Shown piece by piece: positions 63,895-64,000 of a stretch of 64,000 nucleotides of DNA (positions within the stretch are counted from its first letter, which is position 1; every line of letters begins with the position of its first letter). Origin of the DNA: Pyrinomonadaceae bacterium. GTDB lineage: Bacteria > Acidobacteriota > Blastocatellia > Pyrinomonadales > Pyrinomonadaceae. The position numbers and the translations under genes were made by a program. The notes below the pieces were generated by a model that saw only the letters and a program-made list of their open reading frames with translations, had not been told where the DNA came from and ran no database searches. The DNA lies in assembly GCA_046155085.1 (NCBI GenBank), contig JBJXEG010000011.1, forward strand, positions 240,855 through 304,854, written 5' to 3'.

Positions 63895-64000
63895 ATGAGA
63901 GCTCGATATATCGCCGCTATCGCATTTATTTTAGTGGCCGTTTCATTTCTAACTCGACAAACGTTGGGGCAGAAGACTGTCCCCAAGCGGCCTTCGGCGA
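63895..64000 (+). CDS. secreted/membrane protein, 5' fragment (continues past the window)
   Basis: A GGAGGAG RBS precedes ATG 63895. MRARYIAAIAFILVAVSFLTRQTLGQ is a signal peptide. Confidence 0.5.
   Translation, partial: MRARYIAAIAFILVAVSFLTRQTLGQKTVPKRPSA

Overview
64-kb chromosomal window from a diderm bacterium (BamA/TamB, a TonB-dependent receptor, HldD heptose epimerase). The gene content suggests an Acidobacteriota-like lineage, but that is only a guess. It holds about 70 densely packed protein genes, many joined by 4-nt ATGA/GTGA stop-start overlaps. I saw no rRNA, tRNA or CRISPR array. The backbone is housekeeping: truA, pyrE, queF, galU, serS, ribB-type, ribF, nrdAB, tatA, pip, asnB. 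Signalling genes are interspersed: two Crp paralogs, a PAS-HK/OmpR-RR pair with SixA, a GGDEF protein and an HD-GYP-GAF-GGDEF protein. There are three type II TA loci (two mazEF-like, plus hicBA with a nonsense-inactivated hicA) and several small accessory insertions. The most notable items are: (1) A two-ORF cassette of unknown function sits between nrdA and nrdB, bracketed by a duplicated copy of the nrdA 3' end. (2) A yybP-ykoY-like (Mn) riboswitch with promoter and terminator appears to control an operon of a terB-like gene, terC, an 82-aa ORF and a voltage-gated Na-channel homolog. (3) A frameshifted four-helix-bundle gene (23S rRNA IVS-protein family) is enclosed by perfect 32-bp inverted repeats built from AATTACG heptamers, and several other intergenic hairpins are built from short word repeats. 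(4) An AGPS-like FAD oxidase plus an acyltransferase form a putative ether-lipid module. (5) A tricistronic micro-protein operon includes a metallothionein-like peptide. (6) There is an orphan LysW-like zinc-ribbon protein. (7) A mazEF-like pair is joined by stop-start overlap to a methyltransferase/HExxH/GT2/AsnB operon. All functional calls come from reading motifs in the translations; no database search was possible.
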